Positions 1 to 11,512 of a stretch of DNA of 64,000 bases are shown here, piece after piece. Made by a program: the position numbers and the translations under genes. The notes beneath the pieces are model-generated. The model was not told the origin of the DNA. It saw only the letters and a program-made list of their open reading frames with translations, and searched no databases. This stretch comes from Laetmonice hystrix (lineage: Eukaryota): contig OZ249436.1 of the NCBI GenBank assembly GCA_965235115.1, forward strand, positions 186,001 to 250,000. Reading direction: 5' to 3'. Each line of letters starts with the position of its first letter. The stretch's first letter is position 1.

Positions 1-293
1 AAATTGCACAGAATGATGGCTCGTAGATATGCGCAGAAGTTGTAGCATGGATTTAGTGATATGACGTATATTGGCGGAGTCACGTGACAGCAAAGTTTGA
101 TTCTGTGGCCAGTTTCTCAGACATCGGTCATAGCTATGGCAGTTTTCAACAGATCTTAATGAAAATTGTTGTGCTTAAAGAGGGTAGGATGATAAGCCAA
201 ATTTATGAAAATTTTCTCCTGTGACGTCACTTTTTCGCGTCATGACGTCATTCAGACATTCTAGATAGCACCTTCGTACTTTTTGGTCTGTGT

Positions 294-365
294 GTCTCAA
301 TAGCTGAGTGGGTAACATACCCGACCGAAAAGCTGGAGATCACGGGTTCGAATCCCACTGAAGTA
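294..365 (+). mobile_element. tRNA-derived (SINE-head or pseudo-tRNA) sequence
   Basis: A-box-like TAGCTGAGTGGG (301-312) and B-box GGGTTCGAATCCC (344-356), followed by a T run. The acceptor stem pairs poorly, so probably not a functional tRNA. Confidence 0.5.
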
Positions 366-1152
366 TGGAATTTTTTTCTGAATTTTTTCGTATTCTTAAC
401 GTCAAAATGCAGATTTTGTAATTTAGAAAAAGTATTCACTTATGTTATCTTTTTCAATTTGATGGTCAGTCATATGACCTAAAAGCGGGGCTCTGTGGCC
501 CTTTCACCAGAAATCAATCATATCTCTTGCGGTTTTCAACAGATCTTTATGAAACTAGTTGTGCTTTTAAAGCAGGTGGGATGTTGACCCAAATTTTAGC
601 ACGCAATATTATTGAACTACAAATTATTCCAAAAACCAACACCACAGCAGACCGCTGACTCAGGGAGAATACTCCTTTCAATGAGTTCCTATACATTGTG
701 GGGTTTAGCCCAATTTGGTTTAAATTTGTTGATATAAGTTACGTGACCTAGAATTTTCACTATTTCAAGGGCTCTGACCACACAACTGAATGCAAGTAAA
801 ATATGTGGGCTGGTTCCTTAGTAAATTTGTTACCAATATTTTACTGATGACTTTTGACCTTCGTAAGGACTGGGTCACAGGTCACACCTCACATAAATGT
901 ATGATTTTGAAGTAGATCTCTTCCAATTATCCTTGTCAAATTTGGCATAATGGTTCCACGACAAAATGCGCTCTACATATCAATCTTCGTCGTGTAGCCT
1001 ATGGGTCAACAGGCTTACAAAAATGTCTGTATGTATTTTAGGGAAATGGGATCAATGATTGCAGGCAATCATGCTGACTAGTTCTTGTTTGATGTTGGCT
1101 CTTTTCCTCAAATTAGAAATAATACAAGCGCATATAAATAAAACGTAACGGG

Positions 1153-1270
1153 AGTTGGCTCCTTCACGGCGGAAAAGTATGTAACTCGATGTGGGGCGCA
1201 TGAATACGGCACTCCACCTTCAGTGTCGTGCCGTATTCATGCGCCAGGCATCTCGTTCCATACTTTCCCA
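1153..1270. repeat. Palindromic hairpin element (MITE-like core); partial second copy at ~10680-10745
   Basis: Perfect 18-bp stem GGCGCATGAATACGGCAC / GTGCCGTATTCATGCGCC with imperfect outer arms. A diverged half copy (GAACGAGATGCCTAGCGCATGAATATGGCAC) lies near 10.7 kb. Confidence 0.7.
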
Positions 1271-1345
1271 CAGGCTAGCACCCTTATCCTGTTACGTGTT
1301 TATACCGTACCTCGCTCTAAAAATAGTGCTATGCTTATTTTGAAG

Positions 1346-1437
1346 ACATTAATGAATGCCTACCGAATTCTTGTCAGAATGGGGCAACATGTAACGATGG
1401 CATTAACAATTTTACATGTCATTGCGCACCAGGATAG
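1346..1437 (+). pseudogene. Truncated Ca-binding EGF exon with in-frame stop and no donor
   Basis: After acceptor TTTTGAAG it reads [33 protein letters not shown] at 1435-1437 replaces the expected Y/F; the sixth Cys and the GT donor are missing. Confidence 0.7.
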
Positions 1438-1491
1438 CCTCAATGGATTTGTCACTGCCCTTTCTTACTGACTTTCTTTGTTATTACACAG

Positions 1492-1605
1492 ATATTGACG
1501 ATTGCCCCATGATGAACTGTATGAACGGGGCTACCTGTAACGATGGAGTTAACATGGCGACATGTTCGTGCGCGGATGGATATGAAGGCGCCATGTGCCA
1601 AACAA
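1492..1605 (+). CDS. Ca-binding EGF-repeat protein (fibropellin/Notch-like repeats), internal exon
   Basis: 114-bp phase 1-1 exon bounded by AG and [40 protein letters not shown], with the six-Cys EGF pattern. Confidence 0.85.
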
Positions 1606-2325
1606 GTAGGTCCATACCTCGTGCCTATAACAACCTTTTACATTATATACTGGCACACTCTGCCAAACAAGTAGGTCCATACCTCGTGCCTACAACAACC
1701 TTTTACATTATATACTGGCACACTCTGCCAAACAAGTAGGTCCATGATACATCGTGCCTATAACAACCTTTTACATTATATACTGGCACACTCTGCCAAA
1801 CAAGTAGGTCCATGATACATCGTGCCTATAACAACCTTTTACATTGTATACTGGCACACTCTGACATACAAGTAGGTCCATGATACATCGTGCCTATAAC
1901 AACCTTTTACATTGTATACTGGCACACTCTGACATACAAGTAGGTCCATGATACATCGTGCCTATAACAACCTTTTACATTGTATACTGGCACACTCTGA
2001 CATACAAGTAGGTCCATGATACATCGTGCCTATAACAACCTTTTACATTGTATACTGGCACACTCTGACATACAAGTAGGTCCATGATACATCGTGCCTA
2101 TAACAACCTTTTACATTGTATACTGGCACACTCTGACATACAAGTAGGTCCATGATACATCGTGCCTATAACAACCTTTTACATTATACTGGTACCCTCT
2201 GCCAAACAAGTAGGTCCATGATACCTCGTGCCTATAACAACCTTTTACATTATATACTGGCACCCTCTGCCAAACAAGTAGGTCCATGATACAACGTGCC
2301 TATAACAACCTTTTACATTATACGT
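1595..2325. repeat. 68-bp minisatellite, ~11 copies, containing the exon end and splice donor
   Basis: The unit includes TGCCAAACAA|GTAGGTCCAT, the preceding exon/donor junction. TCCATG recurs at 1741 and 1809. Confidence 0.95.
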
Positions 2326-2509
2326 ACTGCATGCAAAGTGAGCTTTATATATAGCAGATATTTCTGATTGTAACGGGACATATGACTTTAGAGGCACTGG
2401 TGTGGAGGAACGACCCAAACTTTCTAAATTTGGTAATTGATGTTTCCGGGAAGGCGTTCTTAGTTATACATTACCTCGGTCTTATAGAAATAATATCTTT
2501 ATTTTACAG

Positions 2510-2623
2510 ACATTGACGAGTGCGAGTCAATCCCTTGTGAGAATGGGGGAACATGTCAGGACAGCATTAACAGTTTTACATGTGATTGCGAGGCAGGATA
2601 CACAGGCAATACATGCCAATCAG
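2510..2623 (+). CDS. Ca-binding EGF-repeat protein, internal exon
   Basis: 114-bp phase 1-1 exon: [46 protein letters not shown] acceptor, GT donor at 2624. Not in the ORF track. Confidence 0.9.
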
Positions 2624-2866
2624 GTGGAGATTTAAATACTCTACAAATATCTAAGCTAATCACACACCTTTCGATTTTAGCTACGACTTTGGCCGAGGAG
2701 CATAGTGACATGCCTAGTATTGTTTGCAAGTTTGCACAAAATCACATACTATTATACACTTGGCGCAGCCAATTAAACAATCTGATTGGTCCATTTGGAC
2801 CACATGACCGTCCCGAAAATAGGAAACAATGTTACGATATGGGATGGTTTGCTTGACCCAGAATGG

Positions 2867-4548
2867 GCATAAGTGTGTATTATAGCAAACGTTGGATCGT
2901 AACATTAGTGTGTGTATTATAGCAAACGTTGGATCGTAACATTAGTGTGTGTATTATAGCAAACGTTGGATCGTAACATTAGGATGGTAGCAGAAGTGTG
3001 TATTACAGCGAACGTTGGATGGTAGCATAAGTGTGTATTATAGCGAACGTTGGATGGTAGCATAAGTGTGTATTATAGCGAACGTTGGATGGTAGCATAA
3101 GTGTGTATTATAGCAAACGTTGGATGGTAGCATAAGTGTGTATTATAGCAAACGTTGGATCGTAACATTAGGATGGTAGCAGAAGTGTGTATTACAGCGA
3201 ACGTTGGATGTAGCATAAGTGTGTATTATAGCGAACGTTGGATGTAGCATAAGTGTGTATTATAGCAAACGTTGGATCATAACATTAGTGTGTGTATTAT
3301 AGCAAACGTTGGATCGTAACATTAGTGTGTGTATTATAGCAAACGTTGGATCGTAACATTAGTGTGTGTATTATAGCAAACGTTGGATCGTAACATTAGT
3401 GTGTGTATTATAGCAAACGTTGGATCGTAACATTAGTGTGTGTATTATAGCAAACGTTGGATCGTAACATTAGGATGGTAGCAGAAGTGTGTATTACAGC
3501 GAACGTTGGATGGTAGCATAAGTGTGTATTATAGCGAACGTTGGATGGTAGCATAAGTGTGTATTATAGCGAACGTTGGATGGTAGCATAAGTGTGTATT
3601 ATAGCAAACGTTGGATGGTAGCATAAGTGTGTATTATAGCAAACGTTGGATCGTAACATTAGGATGGTAGCAGAAGTGTGTATTACAGCGAACGTTGGAT
3701 GTAGCATAAGTGTGTATTATAGCGAACGTTGGATGTAGCATAAGTGTGTATTATAGCGAAGGTTGGATGTAGCATAAGTGTGTATTATAGCAAACGTTGG
3801 ATCATAACATTAGTGTGTGTATTATAGCAAACGTTGGATCGTAACATTAGTGTGTGTATTATAGCGAACGTTGGATCGTAACATTAGTGTGTGTATTATA
3901 GCAAACGTTGGATGGTAGCATAAGTGTGTATTATAGCAAACGTTGGATCGTAACATTAGTGTGTGTATCACAGCGAACGTTGGATCGTAACATTAGTGTG
4001 TGTATTATAGCAAACGTTGGATCGTAACATTAGTGTGTGTATTATAGCAAACGTTGGATTGTAACATTAGTGTGTGTATTATAGCAAACGTTGGATTGTA
4101 ACATTAGTGTGTGTATTATAGCAAACGTTGGATAGTAACATTAGTGTGTGTATTATAGCAAACGTTGGATTGTAACATTAGTGTGTGTATTATAGCAAAC
4201 GTAGGATCGTAACATTAGTGTGTGTATTATAGCAAACGTTGGATCGTAACATTAGTGTGTGTATTATAGCGAACGTAGGATCGTAACATTAGTGTGTGTA
4301 TTATAGCAAACGTTGGATCGTAACATTAGTGTGTGTATTATAGCAAACGTTGGATTGTAACATTAGTGTGTGTATTATAGCAAACGTTGGATCGTAACAT
4401 TAGTGTGTGTATTATAGCAAACGTTGGATCGTAACATTAGTGTGTGTATTATAGCAAACGTTGGATCATAACATTAGTGTGTGTATCACAGCGAACGTTG
4501 GATGGTAGCATAAAGTTTGTATTATAGCAAACGTTGGATAGTAGCATA
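2867..4548. repeat. 35-37-bp minisatellite with two interspersed unit types
   Basis: Units ATTAGTGTGTGTATTATAGCAAACGTTGGATCGTAAC and GTAGCATAAGTGTGTATTATAGCGAACGTTGGATG. Confidence 0.95.
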
Positions 4549-4549
4549 A

Positions 4550-4752
4550 TTTCGCTACTCCGGTCAAATGTTGCTACTCGGGTCGTCGATTTCGATCTTC
4601 GGCTCGCAGATTTCGGTACTCGGGTCCAATGTCCCGAGTAGCGAAATCTGCAAGCCGAGTAGCAACATTGGACCCGAGTACCGAAATCTGCGAGCCGAGG
4701 ATCGATATTGACGAACCGAGCAGCAACATCTTCAGGACCGGAGTAGCGACAT
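4550..4752. repeat. ~200-bp imperfect palindrome (MITE-like core)
   Basis: Inverted arms TCGCTACTCCGGTC...GACCGGAGTAGCGA and CTCGCAGATTTCGGTACTCGGGTCCAATGT...ACATTGGACCCGAGTACCGAAATCTGCGAG. Confidence 0.75.
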
Positions 4753-4998
4753 TTGTGACCCAAGGATCACAGTACTATCGTGTCCGGGCCCAGTTGGTGT
4801 CGAATCCTAGTCAGGGGACTAAGAATGTCGTTTTCCGACTGAGCTTTCATAGTTTTAGGTTTCAGAATCTTGACAAATCTACGGCAGGGCAAATAACAAA
4901 ATATAAAAAATAAGAAAATCGTCCTGGCTATTAAAGCTAGTCTCGCTTCCTGAAATAGCAATACCCAAATATTTAAAGATAGTACTGCATGTCGAAGT

Positions 4999-5610
4999 TT
5001 ACTGTCGAGATAGTCTAGGTACTTTGTGTGTGTTACTGTCGAGATAGTCTAGGTACTTTGAGTGTTACTGTCGAGATAGTCTAGGTACTTTGTGTGTGTT
5101 ACTGTCGAGATAGTCTAGGTACTTTGTATGTGTTACTGTCGAGATAGTCTAGGTACTTTGTGTGTGTTACTGTCGAGATAGTATAGGTACTTTGTGTGTG
5201 TTACTGTCGAGATAGTCTAGGTACTTTGTGTGTGTTACTGTCGAGATAGTCTAGGTACTTTGTGTGTGTTACTGTCGAGATAGTATAGGTACTTTGTGTG
5301 TGTTACTGTCGAGATAGTATAGGTACTTTGTGTGTGTTACTGTCGAGATAGTATAGGTACTTTGTGTGTGTTACTGTCGAGATAGTATAGGTACTTTGTG
5401 TGTGTTACTGTCGAGATAGTCTAGGTACTTTGTGTGTGTTACTGTCGAGATAGTCTAAGTACTTTGTGTGTGTTACTGTCGAGATAGTCTAGGTACTTTG
5501 TGTGTGTTACTGTCGAGATAGTCTAGGTACTTTGTGTGTGTTACTGTCGAGATAGTCTAAGTACTTTGTGTGTGTTACTGTCGAGATAGTCTAGGTACTT
5601 TGTGTGTGTT
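4999..5610. repeat. 34-bp minisatellite, ~18 copies
   Basis: Unit TTACTGTCGAGATAGTCTAGGTACTTTGTGTGTG. Ends ~30 bp before the acceptor at 5641. Confidence 0.95.
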
Positions 5611-5641
5611 AAGTAACCCTTTCTACGACCACGTGCTTCAG

Positions 5642-5746
5642 ATATCAACGAGTGTGATGACCCCGCCTCGTGCGCCAGTCCCTTCGGGGTCTCTGCGTGT
5701 TCAAACACTGTGGGCGGATTTGTCTGTGCATGTTCCGCCTGCGCTG
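5642..5746 (+). CDS. Ca-binding EGF-repeat protein, penultimate exon
   Basis: Phase 1-1 exon: DINECDDPASCASPFGVSACSNTVGGFVCACSACA. TTCAG acceptor, GTAGG donor. Confidence 0.8.
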
Positions 5747-6289
5747 GTAGGCACCTTCCTTCATTATAACCTGAGGCACTGTATGCATGGGGAAGTGTGG
5801 CACTGACCTGGCACTGGCGGATCGGGGGAGGGGGGGGGGCTCTGGTAGGCACCTTCCTTCGTTATAACCTGAGGCACTGTATGCATGGGGAAGTGTGGCA
5901 CTGACCTGGCACTGGCGGATCGGGGGGGGGGGCACATGGGGTCGGTCCAGACCCCCCCCCCCCCTCCTAAAATTTCATGGCGCCCCTCCTGCCGATCATG
6001 GCGCTCCACGAAATTGTAGGCCTAGGCCTACATAAGACTTTACACCTTGGTCATTGAATAGTTTAGACCTATTAGCTCCAAAATGCATCAGACTACACCA
6101 AACAACACCTTGACTTTCAAAATTTTCATAAAATGCCCCCGGACCACCCCCCCCCCCCCCACACACACACACACACCCTAGCAAGGCTTCGCGCCTTCGT
6201 AGCACCGGTAGCGCCCCTAAAAACTTTGGATCCCCCCATGCTAGACTAAAAGCTGGATCCGCCCCTGCCTGGGGAAAAGTGACGCTGAC

Positions 6290-6812
6290 CTAGGGGACAA
6301 CTGACACTGACATGGGGACGAGTGACACTGACCTGGGAACAACTGACACTGACATGGGGACGAGTGACACTGACATGGGGACGAGTGACACTGACATGGG
6401 GACGAGTGACACTGACATGGGGACGAGTGACACTGACATGGGGACGAGTGACACTGACATGGGGACCAGTGACACTGACATGGGGACCAGTGACACTGAC
6501 GGACGAGTGACACTGACGGACGAGTGACACTGACGGACGAGTGACACTGACATGGGGACCAGTGACACTGACATGGGGACGAGTGACACTGACATGGGGA
6601 CCAGTGACACTGACATGGGAACAACTGACACTGACATGGGGACGAGTGACACTGACATGGGGACGAGTGACACTGGCATGGGGACGAGTGACACTGACAT
6701 GGGGACGAGTGACACTGACATGGGGACGAGTGACACTGACGGACGAGTGACACTGACATGGGGACCAGTGACACTGACATGGGGACGAGTGACACTGACA
6801 TGGGGACGAGTG
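6290..6812. repeat. 21-bp minisatellite with a 17-bp variant
   Basis: Unit GACACTGACATGGGGACGAGT. It accounts for the repetitive ORFs at 6.2-7.0 kb. Confidence 0.95.
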
Positions 6813-6849
6813 AGGGATGAGTCACGCTCACCCCCCATGTGAGTGTCAA

Positions 6850-7065
6850 TGATTCATCGGGCGATGAACCAATGAATGCCTCTGTCTGTTGGAGGTAATG
6901 TCGGGTTAACAACCAGCCATGAGACGACAGCGACAACAGGCAAATAGATTGTTGAATTTCGTTAGGTTTCTCCATTTATGTGGGTATACATCTTTGTACT
7001 TTAAGGCCTTATCTAAGCTAACAGCCCATGTCGTCATTTAGGATCATATCTGAACTAAGATAATC
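6850..7065. mobile_element. Right half of the MITE family also found at 45.1-45.4 kb and 51.5-53.0 kb
   Basis: Shares ATTCATCGGGCGATG..CCAATGAAT, TTTCTCCAT...GTGGGTATACAT and AGGCCTTATCTAA.CTAACAGCCCATGTC with the other copies. Confidence 0.7.
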
Positions 7066-7071
7066 GTCGAA

Positions 7072-7706
7072 TGGTTTGAACGGGACTACTACCTTAGCGC
7101 CTGTTTGAAGGGGACTACATGTACTACCTTAGCGCCTGTTTGAACGGGACTACATGTACTACCTTAGCGCCTGTTTGAACGGGACTACATGTACTACCTT
7201 AGCGCCTGTTTGAACGGGACTACATGTACTACCTTAGCGCCTGTTTGAACGGGACTACATGTAGAGAGTCTACTACCTTAGCGCCTGTTTGAACGGGACT
7301 ACATGTACTACCTTAGCGCCTGTTTGAACGGGACTACATGTACTACCTTAGCGCCTGTTTGAACGGGACTACATGTACTACCTTAGCGCCTGTTTGAACG
7401 GGACTACATGTACTACCTTAGCGCCTGTTTGAACGGGACTACATGTACTACCTTAGCGCCTGTTTGAACGGGACTACATGTACTACCTTAGCGCCTGTTT
7501 GAACGGGACTACATGTACTACCTTAGCGCCTGTTTGAACGGGACTACATGTACTACCTTAGCGCCTGTTTGAACGGGACTACATGTACTACCTTAGCGCC
7601 TGTTTGAACGGGACTACATGTACTACCTTAGCGCCTGTTTGAACGGGACTACATGTACTACCTTAGCGCCTGTTTGAAGGGGACTACTACCTTAATTAGC
7701 GCCTGT
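7072..7706. repeat. 35-bp minisatellite, ~17 copies
   Basis: Unit GTTTGAACGGGACTACATGTACTACCTTAGCGCCT with palindromic TACATGTA core. Ends ~65 bp before the acceptor at 7771. Confidence 0.95.
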
Positions 7707-7771
7707 AAAATTGTCCAGTTTTGGTATAACTTATTATATGTGAAGATGCTCCGTGATTGTTTTCTCTACAG

Positions 7772-7863
7772 GGACCTGTGCGAACATCGGGGGCTGCGGC
7801 AATCCGAGGGCATGTAATGCTGTCACCATCCTCGTCACTGCCACTTTAGTCACCTGCGGCTGA
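7772..7863 (+). CDS. Probable terminal coding exon of the EGF-repeat gene
   Basis: TTTCTCTACAG acceptor. The phase-1 continuation gives GTCANIGGCGNPRACNAVTILVTATLVTCG* and supplies the Cys missing from the previous exon. Confidence 0.6.
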
Positions 7864-8975
7864 GCTTGATGGCCAGGGCTCTGAACCCAGTGGTTCTCTC
7901 TAGTAACACCAGATGGCGTGAGACGAGTTGGTGTCGTACTAGACCACGCCCACATCTCGGCCGCTGGCTCGCTCGACTGACAAAACCGCTTGACGGGAAT
8001 CGTTTAGGAACCTTCGATTGGCGAAAAATATTAAGGGGTTTAACAAGTACATGTATATGAATATATATTTAATATATCATTATATCGCTCAGTGATTATT
8101 TGGCCCTGTTGCCGTGTTTTAGTACGCTGGTTTAGGAGTAAGCCTATGGATATATAGGCCAACTGTCATTTTATTCGGTGGCCTAAGGTCTACATTTTAT
8201 TGGGCGGCCTACACCAAAAATTCCTCAGATATGTAGGTTACTTAGCTTTGAATCCAGGAATATATCTAGGCTGATTTGGAACGGCGACCCGCCGTGCCCC
8301 CAACAGGCTCCGCCACTCTATGCCCTTTTTTGCCCCAAAAGCTGCCACTGGTGCCTTTCTGACAACCAAAGATCCGCCGGTGGTGCCCTTATAACACTGC
8401 CACACATGCCTATAGTCAGGGAATATTATGAGAAATCGGGGCAATCTGGGAACAAATTCCTTACCAAGAAATTTCTTCACCAATGTGTTGATAAAGGTGT
8501 CTACTAACATATGTCAAAAAGTTTAAACTCAACTCCCCTAGGAGAACCCGTGGCTGCTGCTGAAAGTTGGGGTACGCGGAACCCTATGCTCCATATGGAC
8601 TGATTTGATTGTACACGTTACGGGGCGGTGTGACGTAAACTATGGGGCCCAATGGAAGCACAGGAACATGTATTACAAATTACAGATGTGTCCCTTACCC
8701 AGAGTGAGTAGTTGGTTGGGTTACAATGATAGGAAGAAACCCGCGCAGTTTAAATTCAACTCCTGTAGGAAAACCCATGCAGGGCCATACGCGGGGGGGG
8801 GGGGGGGGGTGCAGTCCACCCCACCCCCACCCCCCACCCCCACCCCCACACACAGAGGGCTGAAGGGAGTTCCGCAAAATTATAAAAAAAAAACAAAAAA
8901 AACTTAAAGTTCTGATTCTCTTTCATGCTTTGAACCAATTTCCATGAGAATTTTGTCTCCAATACCGGGAAATAG

Positions 8976-9351
8976 CAGGGGCGTAGGAAGCACTTTAATA
9001 GTGGGGGGGCCAACAGGGCCATGCGCAGGACTTTTCGAGGGGGATTACAGTTTGGCGGGGGGACTGGGCGAGCGCCGAAGGCGCGAAGCCATACTAGGGG
9101 GTCCGGGGCATGCCCCCCCCCGAAAAATTTTGAAATTTATAGTGTAATTTGGTGACATTTGGTGCATCTTAGAGCACAAAATAAGGTCTGAAATATGAGA
9201 AAATACCCTCCCCCCATAGACTTCCATACACTTCCAATGGCAAAAGTCAAGGGGAGGGAAAAAGTGGGGGGGCCAAAAGATACTCTGGCCCCCCTCATTT
9301 CAAAGTGGGGGGGCCATGGCCCCCCTGGCCCCCCCTTTTCCTACGCCCCTG
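8976..9351. mobile_element. MITE with TIR CAGGGGCGTAGGAA and 5-bp TSD AATAG
   Basis: AATAG|CAGGGGCGTAGGAA ... TTCCTACGCCCCTG|AATAG. Confidence 0.8.
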
Positions 9352-11319
9352 AATAGGGCTTACTGTTTACGGCCTCCCCGAATGAAAAATTTTGGGGACA
9401 ATCCCTGAACTCCCACCGGCGCTATAGCTACTCAACCATGCAGCGCACCCAAAGGGCCAGACCCCCCCCCCCCCCCCCCCCCACAAGTGACCCGCATCTG
9501 GAGGGTCGGACCCAGTGGCATATCCAGGGGGAAGGGTTGGCTCCCACGGAACCCCCTCCCCTGCCCTGGCAATAACATGGAAATGTGATCAATAGGACCC
9601 CCCCCCCTACCCGACCAATCCTGGATACACGACTGGGACCCGCAAACCGGCACCAAAATCCGCGCGCTCACCCGCGACGAGAGCCGTAGGACCCGCCTGA
9701 ATGATAAATCTATAGGCCTAAAACGGATGCCTACTGCTAGGCCTATCCCTCCTACTTTGTGTCTGCAGCAATTGAACACACATAATTAGTCAAATTATCT
9801 CAAAATAGGCCCTTATACGCGTCATACATTAGGGTTATAAGGGCCTGTCCACATAAAGTGGCCTAGGCCTATTATATAGGCCTAGATCTAACCATATCTG
9901 ATATAGATGGCGATTGCGACGCCTCCGCTTTTTTGTTTACCATCCTCAGGGCACGGGGTACAATGCTAGCAACCTGCCCTCAGGATGCTGACTTGGCAAA
10001 TCACTTTTCAATACCAACTATTTGGTCCCAGAATGCACTAGAGACTGCCATTTGGAGACCATTTTTTAACATTTTTTATTCTGGGAGGGGGGCATGGCAG
10101 CTGCTTAAAGTTGGGGTACCTGGAATTAGAAAAAAATGAAAACGTTAAATTATGCTTTAAGGTCCTGTGCTACACTAAGTCAAGCCCACTGCATATCAAT
10201 ATTATATATTTTGATAGAAAGAACAAGTGTTTCTGATTTTAAAAAGGTAAATATATCTTATAGTAAATATTATGTTACCGTGCTGACTTTTGTGGGGGTA
10301 GTCTATAGAAAATGCACGTTGCTGTTAATTTGAGTGCACCTGACCGTAATCTGGGGGCCACCAGGGTAAACGCAATTAAGGCTTTGCACAGGCATTATTT
10401 CCCTTAAACCTTGGCTTCTAACAAAAAAGTAACCATGGTGACATATAGGCCTAGATATAGTATCTAAATATTTTTTTAAAATCAAAAATACCTGTTCATT
10501 GTATTGAAATGCATTATATTGATATAATGTGTCCGGTAATCCGGATATGTCCGCAAATGTCAGCAAGACACTGATATTTGCGGACATATCCAGTTCTTCG
10601 GACACATCTAGCTGATGTTTGCGGACATATCTCCTTTTGGACATAACTAGCTGTTCGGACGTATCTAGCCGGAACAGGGTCCTTCACCGGGCGAAAGTGT
10701 GGAACGAGATGCCTAGCGCATGAATATGGCACAACACTGAAGATGGACCATATTTAAGTGCATTTCGTTCCATACTTATCTGCGGTGAAGGAGGCAAACA
10801 CTACAAAGGTCAGTGGATACGCTCAGAAAATTATAGCATTATAATATCTCTGTATAAGCATCACTGTAGGCCCCTGATCCGACAGAGCTTAGATCGCAAC
10901 TTGGCTGTATCAAAGTTTCGGGAACTGTTAAATTGCCAGAAAAAAAGCTCGCTGTATTCATAACTCTTGGAAGTTTCACTAAAAGAAACACTTCTGCGGA
11001 GACCTTACGACGTGGGAATAATTCTGGGTACTTTTTTTGATCATCGCAACAGATTTTGTGTGGCATGCCCTGCTATAGGTAGAAAGGGCACAAGTCCTCA
11101 GGTTTTTAAAACAATTTTTTGAAGGTTTCAAATGGCCATATGAAAAAGAATCATTGAATATAATTACACTTATGAACAAAAGCCAAATATGTCTAGTTAC
11201 TTTTGCAACAATTTCCATGTGAATTGATTCATTATTCCAACCGCGAACGGTTTTGAAGCACCCGAGTTAAGAAAAAATAATTTAGTCCCCAAATTACGCT
11301 GGATACGGGAGGGGAGGGA

Positions 11320-11512
11320 GGAGGGTTGAGGGCAGGATCTTGAACCAAAGGTTTCGAGTTCGAGCCTCGGGCGACGGACATTCTTGCATAGTAGTGCTGC
11401 CGACAGTGACTGCTTTATCAAAGGCCTGTCGTGTCGCCACACATCTATGTGAAGGGTTTACTCCAGTGTGCGGGTTTCTTCCTATTATTATGACCCAACC
11501 AACTACTCACTC
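11320..11512 (+). mobile_element. Diverged, internally deleted tRNA-SINE of the family at 49991-50324
   Basis: B-box GAGTTCGAGCCTC, body ACTGCTTTATCAAAGGCC...TCTATGTG and tail CCAACTACTCACTC match the intact copy. Confidence 0.7.

Noticed and set aside
294..365. Functional tRNA genes here and at 27404, 33608, 37652 and 50250-50324
   Set aside because: They have Pol III boxes but poor cloverleaf pairing, and several continue into SINE bodies, one with a tail and TSD.
2681..2860. Exon after a 57-bp mini-intron (TTTTAG at 2680)
   Set aside because: The translation has no EGF character and runs into repeat-derived sequence; splicing 2623 to 5642 is in phase and more coherent.
6241..6975. Cys-rich metallothionein- or keratin-like ORFs
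   Set aside because: They are translations of a 21/17-bp intronic minisatellite with frameshifting variants.
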